DNA from: an uncultured Verrucomicrobiae bacterium
GTDB lineage: Bacteria; Verrucomicrobiota; Verrucomicrobiia; Chthoniobacterales; JAFAMB01
Length of the DNA stretch: 64,000 nt
Direction of reading: 5' to 3'
Assembly: GCA_963762565.1 (NCBI GenBank)
Contig: CAVXLD010000007.1
Coordinates: 544,001-608,000, forward strand
The translations under genes and the position numbers were made by a program. The stretch's first letter is position 1; each line of letters begins with the position of its first letter. The notes under the pieces are model-generated. The model ran no database searches, was not told where the DNA came from, and saw only the letters and a program-made list of their open reading frames with translations. Of this stretch, positions 19,717 through 29,104 are shown piece after piece.

Positions 19717-21234
19717 ATGGCCGAAAAAGCATTTCTGAATCTGACCGATGTCAGCAAGGCGTTCGCCGGAGTTCAAGCTCTGGACGAGGTCCGCATTGAA
19801 GTTAGGCCGGGTGAAGTCGTTGGATTAGTTGGCGAAAACGGTGCCGGTAAATCGACGTTGATGCGGATTCTGGCCGGCGTCTATCGACCGGATAGCGGGA
19901 CGCTGCTGCTTGATGGCAAGCCGCTGGTGTTAAATAGCCCGCGTGAAGCCAATCTCCAGGGTATCGGCATCGTCTTTCAGGAGCAATCGTTGTTGCCCAA
20001 TCTGACAGTTGCGGAAAACATCTACCTCGGTCAGGAAAAAGAATTCAGTCGCTGGGGGGTGATTTCGTGGCCGGCGTTGCACGCTGCCGCCAAACGCCAG
20101 CTCGAGAAAGTGCAATTGCCGATTGATCCAGCCACTCGCACCGCTCACTTGAGTTTCGCTGAGCGGCAAATGGTTGAATTAGCCAAAGCTCTGGCTTTGG
20201 AGGAGCGGACCGAACGTCATTTGGTGATCCTGCTGGATGAACCGACCTCGGTGCTAGAGCAGCGTGAAATTGATATTCTGTTTGCACGTGTTCGTGCACT
20301 CAGGAATCGAGCCAGCTTCGTCTTCGTATCCCATCGATTGGACGAAGTGCTAGATATCTCCGACCGCGTCTATGTCATGAAAGACGGCAAAGTGGTGGCG
20401 GAAATGCCGGCCGGTGAGACGAACGTCCCCGAATTGCACCGGCTCATGGTTGGGCGCGAGCTGCATGCCGAGTACTATCGGGAGGCTCGTCAACGTGAGC
20501 CGGCCCAGAATCTGGCCATGCAGGCCGAGAGTCTGGCCGTTAACGGAGCCTACCGGAATGTGGACTTCACTTTGCGAGCAGGCGAAATCCTTGGGATCGC
20601 GGGGGTCATCGGCTCCGGCCGGGAAGCGTTGACCCGAACCCTATTTGGTTTTCTCCCGCATTCTGCCGGAAAACTAACCGTAGCCGGCAAGCCGGTTCGA
20701 TTGACTTCTCCAGATCAAGCCGCCGCTTTGGGGATCGGCTATATCCCCCGTGAACGTCGAGTGGAAGGGCTGGTGCTCACACTACCGATTGTGCCGAACA
20801 TTACGCTCGCCAGTTTGGCTACGGTGATGAAAGGCGGAGCGATTCAAAGCGCCAAAGAACGCAAATTAGCGGAAAGTTGGGTGGAGAAATTGCATGTGCG
20901 GACACCGAATGTGGACGCGCTCTGCTTGAATCTCAGCGGGGGTAACCAGCAAAAGGTCGTGCTTTCAAAATGGATGAACGCGCGTTCCAAGATTTTGATT
21001 TTTGATCATCCGACCCGAGGACTGGATGTTGGCGCTAAAGAGGAAGTCTACGATTTAATGCGGACGCTTTCCGAGCAAGGCATCGCGATGATTCTGACTG
21101 CGGACACGCTGGAAGAGACCATTGGTCTATCCCATTCGATCCTGGTGATGCGCGACGGGGAAGTGACAGCGCGGTTTGATGCAACTCCCGGCAAAAAGCC
21201 GGCTCAGGTCGATCTGATTCGGCACATGGTTTAG
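19717..21234 (+). CDS. Sugar ABC transporter ATP-binding protein (RbsA-like, two domains)
   Basis: [24 protein letters not shown]. Confidence 0.95.
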   Translation: MAEKAFLNLTDVSKAFAGVQALDEVRIEVRPGEVVGLVGENGAGKSTLMRILAGVYRPDSGTLLLDGKPLVLNSPREANLQGIGIVFQEQSLLPNLTVAENIYLGQEKEFSRWGVISWPALHAAAKRQLEKVQLPIDPATRTAHLSFAERQMVELAKALALEERTERHLVILLDEPTSVLEQREIDILFARVRALRNRASFVFVSHRLDEVLDISDRVYVMKDGKVVAEMPAGETNVPELHRLMVGRELHAEYYREARQREPAQNLAMQAESLAVNGAYRNVDFTLRAGEILGIAGVIGSGREALTRTLFGFLPHSAGKLTVAGKPVRLTSPDQAAALGIGYIPRERRVEGLVLTLPIVPNITLASLATVMKGGAIQSAKERKLAESWVEKLHVRTPNVDALCLNLSGGNQQKVVLSKWMNARSKILIFDHPTRGLDVGAKEEVYDLMRTLSEQGIAMILTADTLEETIGLSHSILVMRDGEVTARFDATPGKKPAQVDLIRHMV

Positions 21235-21253
21235 TGTCCTGTCCCATAAATAA
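21231..21253. mobile_element. Solo terminal repeat of the 14372-14650 MITE family
   Basis: TTAGTGTCCTGTCCCATAAATAA overlaps the ATPase TAG stop. Confidence 0.7.
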
Positions 21254-21256
21254 CCT

Positions 21257-22204
21257 TTGAAAAAGAACTACCGAGCACAGATCCGGGCCCTGGCGCCGTT
21301 GTTAGTGTTGGTTGGTTTGGTGCTAGTCATCGGCGTGTTGCGCCCCGGTTTTTTGAACTGGGACAGTCTTGTGGTCACCGTGGCTAATACCGCGATTTTG
21401 TTTATCCTGGCAGCCGGTTCGACTTTCGTGGTGATGTTGGGAAGTATCGATCTCTCGATCCAGGCTATCTGTTCTTTTGCTAGTGTGATCGTAGCCGCTA
21501 TGCTGCCCGGCTATGGTTACGCTGCTTTTCCGATTGCTGTGGCCATGGGGTTGGTAACCGGGACCATCAGCGGATTGTTTCACGTGTGGTTACGAATCCC
21601 TTCATTTATCGTGACGCTGGCTACCAGCGGATTGCTGGTGTCGGCCGCACTCCTGTTTTCCCACGAGCGAGCCATCAGCATTGATCAGGCTGGCCGGGCG
21701 CATCTGACTTGGGTTACCGGCGATTTCCTGGGCTTACCCAACGTGATTTGGGTTGCCGGCCTGGTAGCGGCGCTGGGGATCTGGTCCCAGAAATACACAC
21801 CGTTCGGCCGCTATAGTATTGCTATCGGCGCTGGCGAGCCGGCTACCTGGGCCTCCGGCGTTAGAGTGAATCGGTACAAAGTCATCGCGTTTGCTGTCTC
21901 CGGCGCGCTCGCGGCATTAGCTGGCGTGTTGATGGCCGGACGAGAAGGCAGCGGTTCACCCACGCTGGCCGATCAATTGTTGCTACCGGCGATCGCTGCA
22001 GTGATTGTCGGCGGGACCGCCATTACCGGTGGGGCTGGGGGAATTGGCCGGACCGCGGTTGGTGCGCTCATCATCACCATCGTACGAGTCGGCATGACCT
22101 TTATCGGCGTTGACATTTTTGCTCAACAGATTGTTTTTGGCGTGGCGCTAGTATTAGCCGTCGCCCTCACCATTGATCGGACCAAGATAGTGATCGTTAA
22201 ATAA
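21257..22204 (+). CDS. Sugar ABC transporter permease (RbsC-like)
   Basis: GSIDLSI, IPSFIVTL, AVIVGGTAITGG. TTG start. Confidence 0.92.
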   Translation: MKKNYRAQIRALAPLLVLVGLVLVIGVLRPGFLNWDSLVVTVANTAILFILAAGSTFVVMLGSIDLSIQAICSFASVIVAAMLPGYGYAAFPIAVAMGLVTGTISGLFHVWLRIPSFIVTLATSGLLVSAALLFSHERAISIDQAGRAHLTWVTGDFLGLPNVIWVAGLVAALGIWSQKYTPFGRYSIAIGAGEPATWASGVRVNRYKVIAFAVSGALAALAGVLMAGREGSGSPTLADQLLLPAIAAVIVGGTAITGGAGGIGRTAVGALIITIVRVGMTFIGVDIFAQQIVFGVALVLAVALTIDRTKIVIVK

Positions 22205-22252
22205 GCCTGCCTCGCGGCCAAATGCGTCAGGCATTTGGCCGCGAGGCAGGCT
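22204..22252. repeat. 49-nt perfect hairpin, AGCYTGC-N7-SCAAAYG family
   Basis: AGCCTGCCTCGCGGCCAAATGC-GTCAG-GCATTTGGCCGCGAGGCAGGCT. Relatives at 34739-34787 and 34944-34990. Confidence 0.8.
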
Positions 22253-22309
22253 ATGGCGTGATCGTTCCCGGCGTTGACGGCGATCACGGCGTTGCCGGCG
22301 TTTTTAACT

Positions 22310-23104
22310 ATGGATCTACAATTGAAAGACAAAGTGGCCGTCATCACCGGCGGCAGTGTTGGAATCGGATTGGCAGTCGCCGAAGGGCTAGCGGCGGAAG
22401 GGGTCAACCTGGTTTTGGCGGCCCGCCAGGCGGATCGGGTTAAAACCGAAGCGGCTCGGGTCGCGGATAAATTTAAAGTGCGCGCCGTCGGGATAGAAGC
22501 AGACGTCGCCGCGGTCGCCGGCGTTGAGGTGGTGGTACGGGCGGCAGAAACCGAGTTTGGCGGCGCGGATATCTTGATCAATAACGCCGGTACCGGTAGC
22601 AATGAAACCATCATGGAAGCTCCCGACGAAAAGTGGGAGTACTATTGGAACCTGCATGTAATGGCAGCCGTGAGGTTGGCTCGCGGTCTGGTTCCTTCGA
22701 TGAGGAAACGGGGTGGCGGCGTGATTTTACACAACGGCTCAGTCTGCACCGTGCAACCGCTCTGGTATGAGCCGATCTATAACACCACCAAGGCCGCCCT
22801 ATTGATGTTTTCCAAAACGCTGGCAAATGAATTAATCAAAGACAATATCCGGGTGAACACGATCAATCCTGGTTTGGTGCTGACTCCGGATTGGATCAAG
22901 ACTGCCAAACAATTAACCGCTGACAAAGGAGGCGATTGGCAGGCCCACCTCGACGGCGTTGCTCGCGAGTACGCCCCGATCGATCGGTTTGCTACCCCGG
23001 AAGAAGTCGCCCATTTCTTCGTTTTCATGTGTTCACCAAGAGCGAGTTATTCGGTGGGTTCTGCCTATTTTGTGGACGGCGGTATGTTGAAGGTGGTGGC
23101 GTGA
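22310..23104 (+). CDS. SDR oxidoreductase
   Basis: TGGSVGIG, INNAG, YNTTK. Start ATG 22310. Confidence 0.93.
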   Translation: MDLQLKDKVAVITGGSVGIGLAVAEGLAAEGVNLVLAARQADRVKTEAARVADKFKVRAVGIEADVAAVAGVEVVVRAAETEFGGADILINNAGTGSNETIMEAPDEKWEYYWNLHVMAAVRLARGLVPSMRKRGGGVILHNGSVCTVQPLWYEPIYNTTKAALLMFSKTLANELIKDNIRVNTINPGLVLTPDWIKTAKQLTADKGGDWQAHLDGVAREYAPIDRFATPEEVAHFFVFMCSPRASYSVGSAYFVDGGMLKVVA

Positions 23105-23116
23105 AGCGCGAGAGCG

Positions 23117-23577
23117 CCGGAGGGGAGCCGCTTTGGGACGTGGACAACGATCTCGCATATTCCTTCCAGTGCGAGGAAGGCCTAAAACATCGGTTAAACA
23201 AGCGGCTCCCGGGAATTACCCAGCGCGATGTTTTGCCCAGCGGTTGGTTCGAATAAATTTATTTCACGCGCCAAGAGACAAACCAAACTTTGGGTCGTTC
23301 TGGAGGGGAGCCGCTTTTGGACGTGGACAACGACCTCGCATATTCCTTCCAGTGCGAGGAAGGCCTAAAACATGGGTTAAACAAGCGGCTCCGGGAATTA
23401 CCCGGCGCGATGTTTTGCCCAGCGGTTGGTTCGAACGATTTATTTCACGCGCCAAGAGACAAACTGAGCGCTGGGTCGTTCGCGGGAGCCGCCTGTTTAA
23501 AGAGGTTTGCCGCGGTACACGCGCCTTAGAAAATAGCGCGAGGTCATTGGTCACGTACCAAAGCGGCTCCCCTCCAG
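23117..23577. repeat. Four-box element (family A, long type) with tandem duplication of its left ~183 bp
   Basis: 23117-23299 is directly repeated at 23300-23481. Complete element is 23300-23577. Confidence 0.9.
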
Positions 23578-23582
23578 AATGA

Positions 23583-25415
23583 CTACTGCTTACTGACCAC
23601 GTTCGCCAATTTCTCCACCGAGAAGACCGGTGGAGAACAGGTGCGGTCCGTACAGACGTAAGCAGCAGCGCTCTCCAGTGTCGGATATTCGACGTCGTTG
23701 TTTGGTAACGCACCTTCTTGGCTGTCCCACCATTCCACCCGCTTATAAAAGGAGGGAAGTTTCAGAGCGGAACTGAAAAGAGAAGCAGCGGTCGCATCTC
23801 TTTTCGAGCCTACCACGGTGACGTGGAGAGGTGGAGTCGTGAGTTCGCGATTAGCCAAAAGAATTCCGGAGACGAGAAACCCGCGTTCGTCCGCGACAGC
23901 CGGGATGCTCAGAAACTGCATTGCGTGCCGAGCCATCGTCTCGTAGGCCTTTATCCCGCTATACTTCTCGAGCAAGTTAGCAAATCGAGCGAGGTCAACA
24001 TTCTCATCAATTTGCGGCTTCGATTTTAAAGCACCGTTAGCAGGAGAAGTTAAATAACCGAGATCACCTTTGAAGTGTTGATCAATGTAATTGGCAGCTT
24101 CCTTCGCGTATCGAAGCCAATCGCGATTCGCTGTTACCGTGTAAAGAGTTATGAAGGCGCGGCCCATGTACAACGTATCAGCGAGGTAAGGGCCGGCCTT
24201 ATCTGTCTCGTCATGGCTGAAGCCGCCTTCCGCCATTCTTCGATGGGCGATGATCCAATTTGCCGCCCGGATTGCATCCTCCAACGGTTGGCGGTCGCCG
24301 GAAACCGCGCTAAGCACGGCCAGAGCATTGATGGCCCAGCCGTTCTCTCGGGAGTAAACGTGCCGGTCGACCCCAGGGATTCCGAGCGTTCTGCGTTCGG
24401 AGTCCCCAAGCTTAAAGTAGTCGGCAGAATGTTCACCTGGGACCAGGTCGGCGTCTTGACTCGCGTAGAAGGTCCCTTCTGGCGACATTAGAAAGCTTCT
24501 CAAATAGTCATAGATCTTCTTCGAGGTATTGAGGTAGATAGGATCACCCCACACCGCATAGGCTTCCGCATAAGTGCGGATGTTCTCCGCCTGCATCTGC
24601 ATAATCTTTTCGAAGTGCGGATGTCGCCAATCGCCGTCTGTGGAATATTGGCAAACACCGCCCCAAATCGGATCAATCAAGTTGAGCTGCGCTGCGAGCG
24701 TCTCCTGGCCCATCCGGGCGAGACTGGTGTCGCCTTGCATACTCGCGACCAGGCAATATTCGATTGTGTCCCAATTGAGGAATTTCTGTACGGTGCCCCA
24801 GCCTTTGTTCTTCGAATCGTAAGCGTCAATCAAACGCTGCCGCAGCCGGTCAATGTCTTTGTCGGAAAGAAAAGCTTGATCGGAGGGAGATAATTTCGAT
24901 TCGGGGAGGATGGAAGGACCGGGCGATGGATCATCGATAATCGCCTGTAACATCGAGGCCATCGGTTTTGGAGGGATGTATCCTTGGCGTTTAACGATTT
25001 CGCTTCCGTCTGTATTAAACACGATGGTAGCGGGCCAACCGTAATCCTCATAACGATTGGCAAGGTCGGGTCGTGAATCTGCGTCTACCCGAACCGCGAG
25101 GTAACGAGATCGGATAAGTTTTATGACAGCTGGGTCCGCGTAAGTGACGTCTTCCATTACGTGGCACCAGTGACACCAGCCCGTTCCCAAATCGAGCAAC
25201 ACGAATCGCTCTGCCTCTTTTGCTTTGCTGAAAATCGAGTCGGACCAAGGCTGCCATGTGATCTCATCTGCCCCTCTCAGATTAAGACAGAAGAACGGTG
25301 TCAGGAATGCGGTCAATAATATCAGGCGACAGACCCGTTTTATCGGTTGCCATAAGAAGGCTTGGTCAGGCGTGATTGGACCCAACTGATTCTGTTGTGT
25401 ACGCACGGCAGTCAC
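23583..25415 (-). CDS. Thioredoxin-domain protein, YyaL/SSP411 (DUF255) family
   Basis: ITWQPW, WCHWCHVM, GWPAT, PHFEK, ASQDAD, AYVCTDRTCSPP. Start uncertain; hydrophobic leader present. Confidence 0.9.
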   Translation of the reverse strand: MTAVRTQQNQLGPITPDQAFLWQPIKRVCRLILLTAFLTPFFCLNLRGADEITWQPWSDSIFSKAKEAERFVLLDLGTGWCHWCHVMEDVTYADPAVIKLIRSRYLAVRVDADSRPDLANRYEDYGWPATIVFNTDGSEIVKRQGYIPPKPMASMLQAIIDDPSPGPSILPESKLSPSDQAFLSDKDIDRLRQRLIDAYDSKNKGWGTVQKFLNWDTIEYCLVASMQGDTSLARMGQETLAAQLNLIDPIWGGVCQYSTDGDWRHPHFEKIMQMQAENIRTYAEAYAVWGDPIYLNTSKKIYDYLRSFLMSPEGTFYASQDADLVPGEHSADYFKLGDSERRTLGIPGVDRHVYSRENGWAINALAVLSAVSGDRQPLEDAIRAANWIIAHRRMAEGGFSHDETDKAGPYLADTLYMGRAFITLYTVTANRDWLRYAKEAANYIDQHFKGDLGYLTSPANGALKSKPQIDENVDLARFANLLEKYSGIKAYETMARHAMQFLSIPAVADERGFLVSGILLANRELTTPPLHVTVVGSKRDATAASLFSSALKLPSFYKRVEWWDSQEGALPNNDVEYPTLESAAAYVCTDRTCSPPVFSVEKLANVVSKQ

Positions 25416-25466
25416 GAGTTAAGATGCTTCCCGGCGGTTGTTTATTTCAAGAATCGATCGCCAAAT

Positions 25467-26111
25467 ATGATTCGTATCGAAGCAATCTTTGCGGGTGAGC
25501 CTCAGAGCATCACGGACGAAAAAGGGACATGGTTTTCTGCGATCTGTCGGACACGTGTGGAAGGACCTATCGAGCTTCGAGAGAGAGGTTTGGCCGGGGA
25601 TCGTGTCGCAGATACGAAGAATCATGGCCGGCCCGGTCAGGCGGTCTGCGTCCACCCGCTTACTCACTACGATTTTTGGAATCAGCTATACGATCTAACA
25701 GGCGCGGAGTGCCTGGGACCAGGTAGTGTCGGTGAGAACTGGACGATCAGCGGAGGAGATGAGGAAACCATCTTCTGCGGTGACGTTTATCGGGTCGGAA
25801 CGACAATCGTACAGGTGTCGGGTCCCCGCGGGCCGTGTTGGAAACAAGAACGTAAGCTCGGATTGGACGGCTTCTTGAAGCGCACGATCGATTCGATGCG
25901 AACCGGTTTTTATCTGAGGGTTTTACAGCCTGGGATTGTGGAGACCGGCGACACTTGGGAGCTGGAGAGCAGATTTAAAGACCCGGTTTCTGTGAACCTG
26001 GTAAATCAAGGTGCGTATCGCGGGGTGGAACCGAACGCCCTTGAAAGGATGCTAAGTGCGGAAGGGGTAGTACCAGAGTGGAAAGAGATGTTGCGGGCGC
26101 GGGGGAAGTGA
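25467..26111 (+). CDS. MOSC domain protein (YiiM-like)
   Basis: GLAGDRVADTKNHG, GENWT, QVSGPRGPCWK, RTGFYLRVL. Confidence 0.92.
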   Translation: MIRIEAIFAGEPQSITDEKGTWFSAICRTRVEGPIELRERGLAGDRVADTKNHGRPGQAVCVHPLTHYDFWNQLYDLTGAECLGPGSVGENWTISGGDEETIFCGDVYRVGTTIVQVSGPRGPCWKQERKLGLDGFLKRTIDSMRTGFYLRVLQPGIVETGDTWELESRFKDPVSVNLVNQGAYRGVEPNALERMLSAEGVVPEWKEMLRARGK

Positions 26112-26472
26112 GGAGCTAGAATCTAGGAGCTAGGAGCTAGGAGCTAGGAGGGGGTGCTCTAATTTGGTGGGGCGAGGCTCCCCGAAGAACCCATCGTTAT
26201 CGCGAAGGGATTAAACGTTCTCGATTGGGATTGGTCGCAATACGCCCAACGCCCGCCGAGCCGCGGTGCAAGGTGTGCCAAGCTTGGACGGGAAGGAATA
26301 GAACAAAATCGCCACGCGGTTAGCGCTGGGCCCGGCTCGGCGTGCGGGTCGGCCTTGTTCGCGGCAAGGCCATCGAAAGGTCAATATCTTCGCGGACGCC
26401 ATCGGGCCATTCGGGAGCCTCGCCCCACCAAAATGGCCGGGCCCCACTCCTAGCTCCTAGATTCTAGCTCCT
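26111..26472. repeat. Heptamer arms (AGGAGCT vs AGCTCCT) enclosing a GGTGGGGCGAGGCTCCC REP doublet
   Basis: Arms 26111-26150 and 26447-26472. REPs at 26163-26186 and 26410-26432; related REP pair at 47821-47887. Confidence 0.85.
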
Positions 26473-26485
26473 TCATTAATTCCTC

Positions 26486-27196
26486 CTACTCCGCATAAAC
26501 CATCGCCTGTTTAGCTTCGGCAATTTTCTGGATTAACTTAGCTACCTGCGGCCCGACGGCTTTAAGCGCGTCTCGTGGGGCCGGATCTGGGATCTCGAAT
26601 GTGCGTTGAAAGATAGACGCCAGAAGATCGGCTTTGCGTTCTGCGTCGGGTTGAAACTGACCTGGGATCAGGCTCTCGGCCATAAAGAAACCAGTGATGG
26701 TGGCTCGATAGATGTACATAACCTCCATTCCGGTCAGATCCGCGCGGAGAAGCCGGGCCTTTTTCAGCACCTCGACGTAGGCCTCGAAGGCTTCGTACTG
26801 CTGCGCTACAAGCTTCGGGTCTCCGGCTGTGGTCAGGCGACCGAGGGTCTCGAAGTCCTGGACGAAGACGGCTCGGATTAGAGGGCGTCGATTGGCGGCT
26901 AACCAGAAATGGCGAACTAGACGATGCAGCAACAATTCCTCGGGATGCTCACGCAGAGTTGGCGCCAGGTTCTCGATCGCCTGCACTAATTCGCGTTGTA
27001 ATACCGCCATGAAAAGGGTCTCCCGGTTTGGCCAGTGCAAGTAAACCGTCCCTTTGCCGACACCGGCATGTTTAGCGATATCGTCGATGGTGACCCGGCT
27101 ATAGCCCCAGCGCTCGAGGAGCTGAGCGGCGGAATCGAGGATACGTTGGGCGCGACGGAATCGTTTATTGAGTTTCGAAGGAGGATTAGGGATCAA
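26486..27196 (-). CDS. TetR/AcrR-family transcriptional regulator
   Basis: ILDSAAQLL..GYSRVTIDDIAKHAGVGKGTVYLHW. Confidence 0.92.
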   Translation of the reverse strand: MIPNPPSKLNKRFRRAQRILDSAAQLLERWGYSRVTIDDIAKHAGVGKGTVYLHWPNRETLFMAVLQRELVQAIENLAPTLREHPEELLLHRLVRHFWLAANRRPLIRAVFVQDFETLGRLTTAGDPKLVAQQYEAFEAYVEVLKKARLLRADLTGMEVMYIYRATITGFFMAESLIPGQFQPDAERKADLLASIFQRTFEIPDPAPRDALKAVGPQVAKLIQKIAEAKQAMVYAE

Positions 27197-27212
27197 AGTA
27201 ACTATTTTAGTA

Positions 27213-27241
27213 ATTTGACCAGATTTCTAAATTGGTCAAAT
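27213..27241. promoter_or_regulatory. Palindromic operator candidate upstream of the TetR gene
   Basis: ATTTGACCA-N11-TGGTCAAAT. Confidence 0.55.
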
Positions 27242-27290
27242 ATTGAAAAGTTAAAAGAATTTCAACCACGAGCTGACCAAGAGTCAGTCT

Positions 27291-27332
27291 TTAATCAAGT
27301 GAATTATTCATTTGATTAAATCATTTGATTAA
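27291..27332. promoter_or_regulatory. Tandem palindromic operator candidates upstream of cecR
   Basis: TTAATCAAGTGAAT-T-ATTCATTTGATTAA plus a further AATCATTTGATT. Confidence 0.6.
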
Positions 27333-27344
27333 ATAGCTTTCACC

Positions 27345-28097
27345 GTGAGCAAGTCTCTCCCCATCGCCCCCGATCTCGGCGCTCGTGCTCGTCTCCTGGA
27401 CGCTGCCGCTGAAATCTTCGGCACCTATAACCTCGAGGGCGCTACCACCCGCCAATTGGCTGAATCCGCCGGAGTTAACCAAGCCGCTATCCCGTACTAT
27501 TTCGGCGGCAAGGAAGGACTTTATCTCGCTACGGTCGAGCACTTCTTTTCGGTGCACGCGCCAAAAATTGGATCCGTGGTCGCTGAGATCGTAGCGCGGT
27601 TGGCAGCAAAAAACGTCGATCGAGAGGAGGCTCTCAAGCTCCTGAAAACGCTGTTGGAAACAATGTTGGAGGTACTATTACGCCAGCAAACCAACCGTTC
27701 CTTTGGCCGGATTATCATCCGGGAACAGATGCAGCCGACTAAGGCTTTCGACCTGATCTACGAAAGAGTCATCCGGCATGTTCACCAGACCATCTCGGCC
27801 CTGCTGGCGATCCTCCTAGGCCGGGAACCCCACGACCGCAGCGTGATCTTTCGAGCTCAGATGCTCGTTGGTCAGATTCTGGTTTTCCTGGCCGGGCGCG
27901 AGACGATCCGGCGCAGGCTTAATTTAGCCGGGTACACAGAGGAGGAGTTCGCTGAAATCAAAGCCGCACTCCACGAACAACTAGACCTATTGCAACCAAT
28001 CGGCCTCGTCCGGCGGCTGCCGGATCGCCATAGTCCGGCTCAGCCGGAAGACAGAGGAAGCGAGGCGCGCTCCACAAGAAGGGGAGGTAGAAAATGA
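27345..28097 (+). CDS. cecR: TetR-family regulator CecR (YbiH)-like
   Basis: GATTRQLAESAGVNQAAIPYYFGGKEGLY, IIREQMQPT. Heads a ybhGFSR-like operon. Confidence 0.85.
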   Translation: MSKSLPIAPDLGARARLLDAAAEIFGTYNLEGATTRQLAESAGVNQAAIPYYFGGKEGLYLATVEHFFSVHAPKIGSVVAEIVARLAAKNVDREEALKLLKTLLETMLEVLLRQQTNRSFGRIIIREQMQPTKAFDLIYERVIRHVHQTISALLAILLGREPHDRSVIFRAQMLVGQILVFLAGRETIRRRLNLAGYTEEEFAEIKAALHEQLDLLQPIGLVRRLPDRHSPAQPEDRGSEARSTRRGGRK

Positions 28098-29104
28098 GGA
28101 AACGACTAGTCATTATCCTAGGCGTCGTGGCTGTGCTTGCCGTTGCAGGATGGTTTATTTACCAGCAGTTAACGGCGACTTCTCAACCTATCCTGACGCT
28201 CCAGGGGAACATTGATATCCGCCAGGTGAACGTTGGATTTCGGGTCACGGGGCGAGTTAAAGAGATGAAACTCGAGGAAGGCGATAGGGTACATGCGGGA
28301 GACCTCATCGCCACGCTGGATGAAGCCCCTTACCAGGACCAGGTGAATCTGGCTGAGGCTCAGGTTGCGCAAGCGCAGGCCAATTACGCTAAAATGGTGA
28401 ACGGCTATCGCCCGGAGGAAATCGCACAAGCCAAGGCTCAGCTCGCTCAAGCGAAAGCCAATTATGATAATGCTCTGCGATACTTTGAACGCCAAGACGC
28501 ATTGCAGCAAGGCCACGTCATTTCAAAGTCGGACTATGATAACGCCCTGGCCTCGCGAGATTCGCTAAAGGGCCAGGTCGACCTGGCTCAAGCTAACCTC
28601 AATCTGGAGCTGGCAGGTAATCGAAGAGAGGACGTAGATAGTGCGAAAGCACAACTAGATAACGCCAAAGCTAATTTAGCAACCGCTCAACAGAACCTGA
28701 CAGACTGCCAGCTTTTCGCGCCTGTTGATGGCGTAATGATTACCCGAGCGGTCGAGCCAGGTACGATCGTTTCCACCAGTTCCGTTATCTATTCCATTTG
28801 TCAAAACGAGCCGGTCTGGGTCCGAACTTATGTCGGCGAACGCGATCTGGGTCGGATTTATCCGGGGATGAAGGCGTTGGTATATAACGACACCGATCCG
28901 AACCATCCCTACGTTGGACAAATCGGTTTTATTTCTCCAGTAGCGGAGTTTACCCCGAAAAATGTCGAGACCCGGGAACTGCGGACCGACCTGGTTTATC
29001 GGCTCCGAGTTATCATTGCGAAACCCGATCGTTATCTCCGGCAAGGAATGCCGGTAACCCTGCGAATGGCTGACGAACGCCATGAACCAGAGCCCAGAAG
29101 TTAA
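28094..29104 (+). CDS. ybhG: HlyD-family membrane fusion protein
   Basis: LQGNIDIRQV, GFISPVAEFTPKNVET.ELRTDLVYRLR, LRQGMPVT. Confidence 0.9.
   Translation: MRKRLVIILGVVAVLAVAGWFIYQQLTATSQPILTLQGNIDIRQVNVGFRVTGRVKEMKLEEGDRVHAGDLIATLDEAPYQDQVNLAEAQVAQAQANYAKMVNGYRPEEIAQAKAQLAQAKANYDNALRYFERQDALQQGHVISKSDYDNALASRDSLKGQVDLAQANLNLELAGNRREDVDSAKAQLDNAKANLATAQQNLTDCQLFAPVDGVMITRAVEPGTIVSTSSVIYSICQNEPVWVRTYVGERDLGRIYPGMKALVYNDTDPNHPYVGQIGFISPVAEFTPKNVETRELRTDLVYRLRVIIAKPDRYLRQGMPVTLRMADERHEPEPRS

Noticed and set aside
22936..23713. Short ORFs with recurring GGEPL / KRLPG / QSGSPP peptides (also near 33946, 42957, 52012, 56248, 58765-59305)
   Set aside because: They are translations of the repeat boxes. 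Frame between boxes is not conserved, and stops interrupt some copies.
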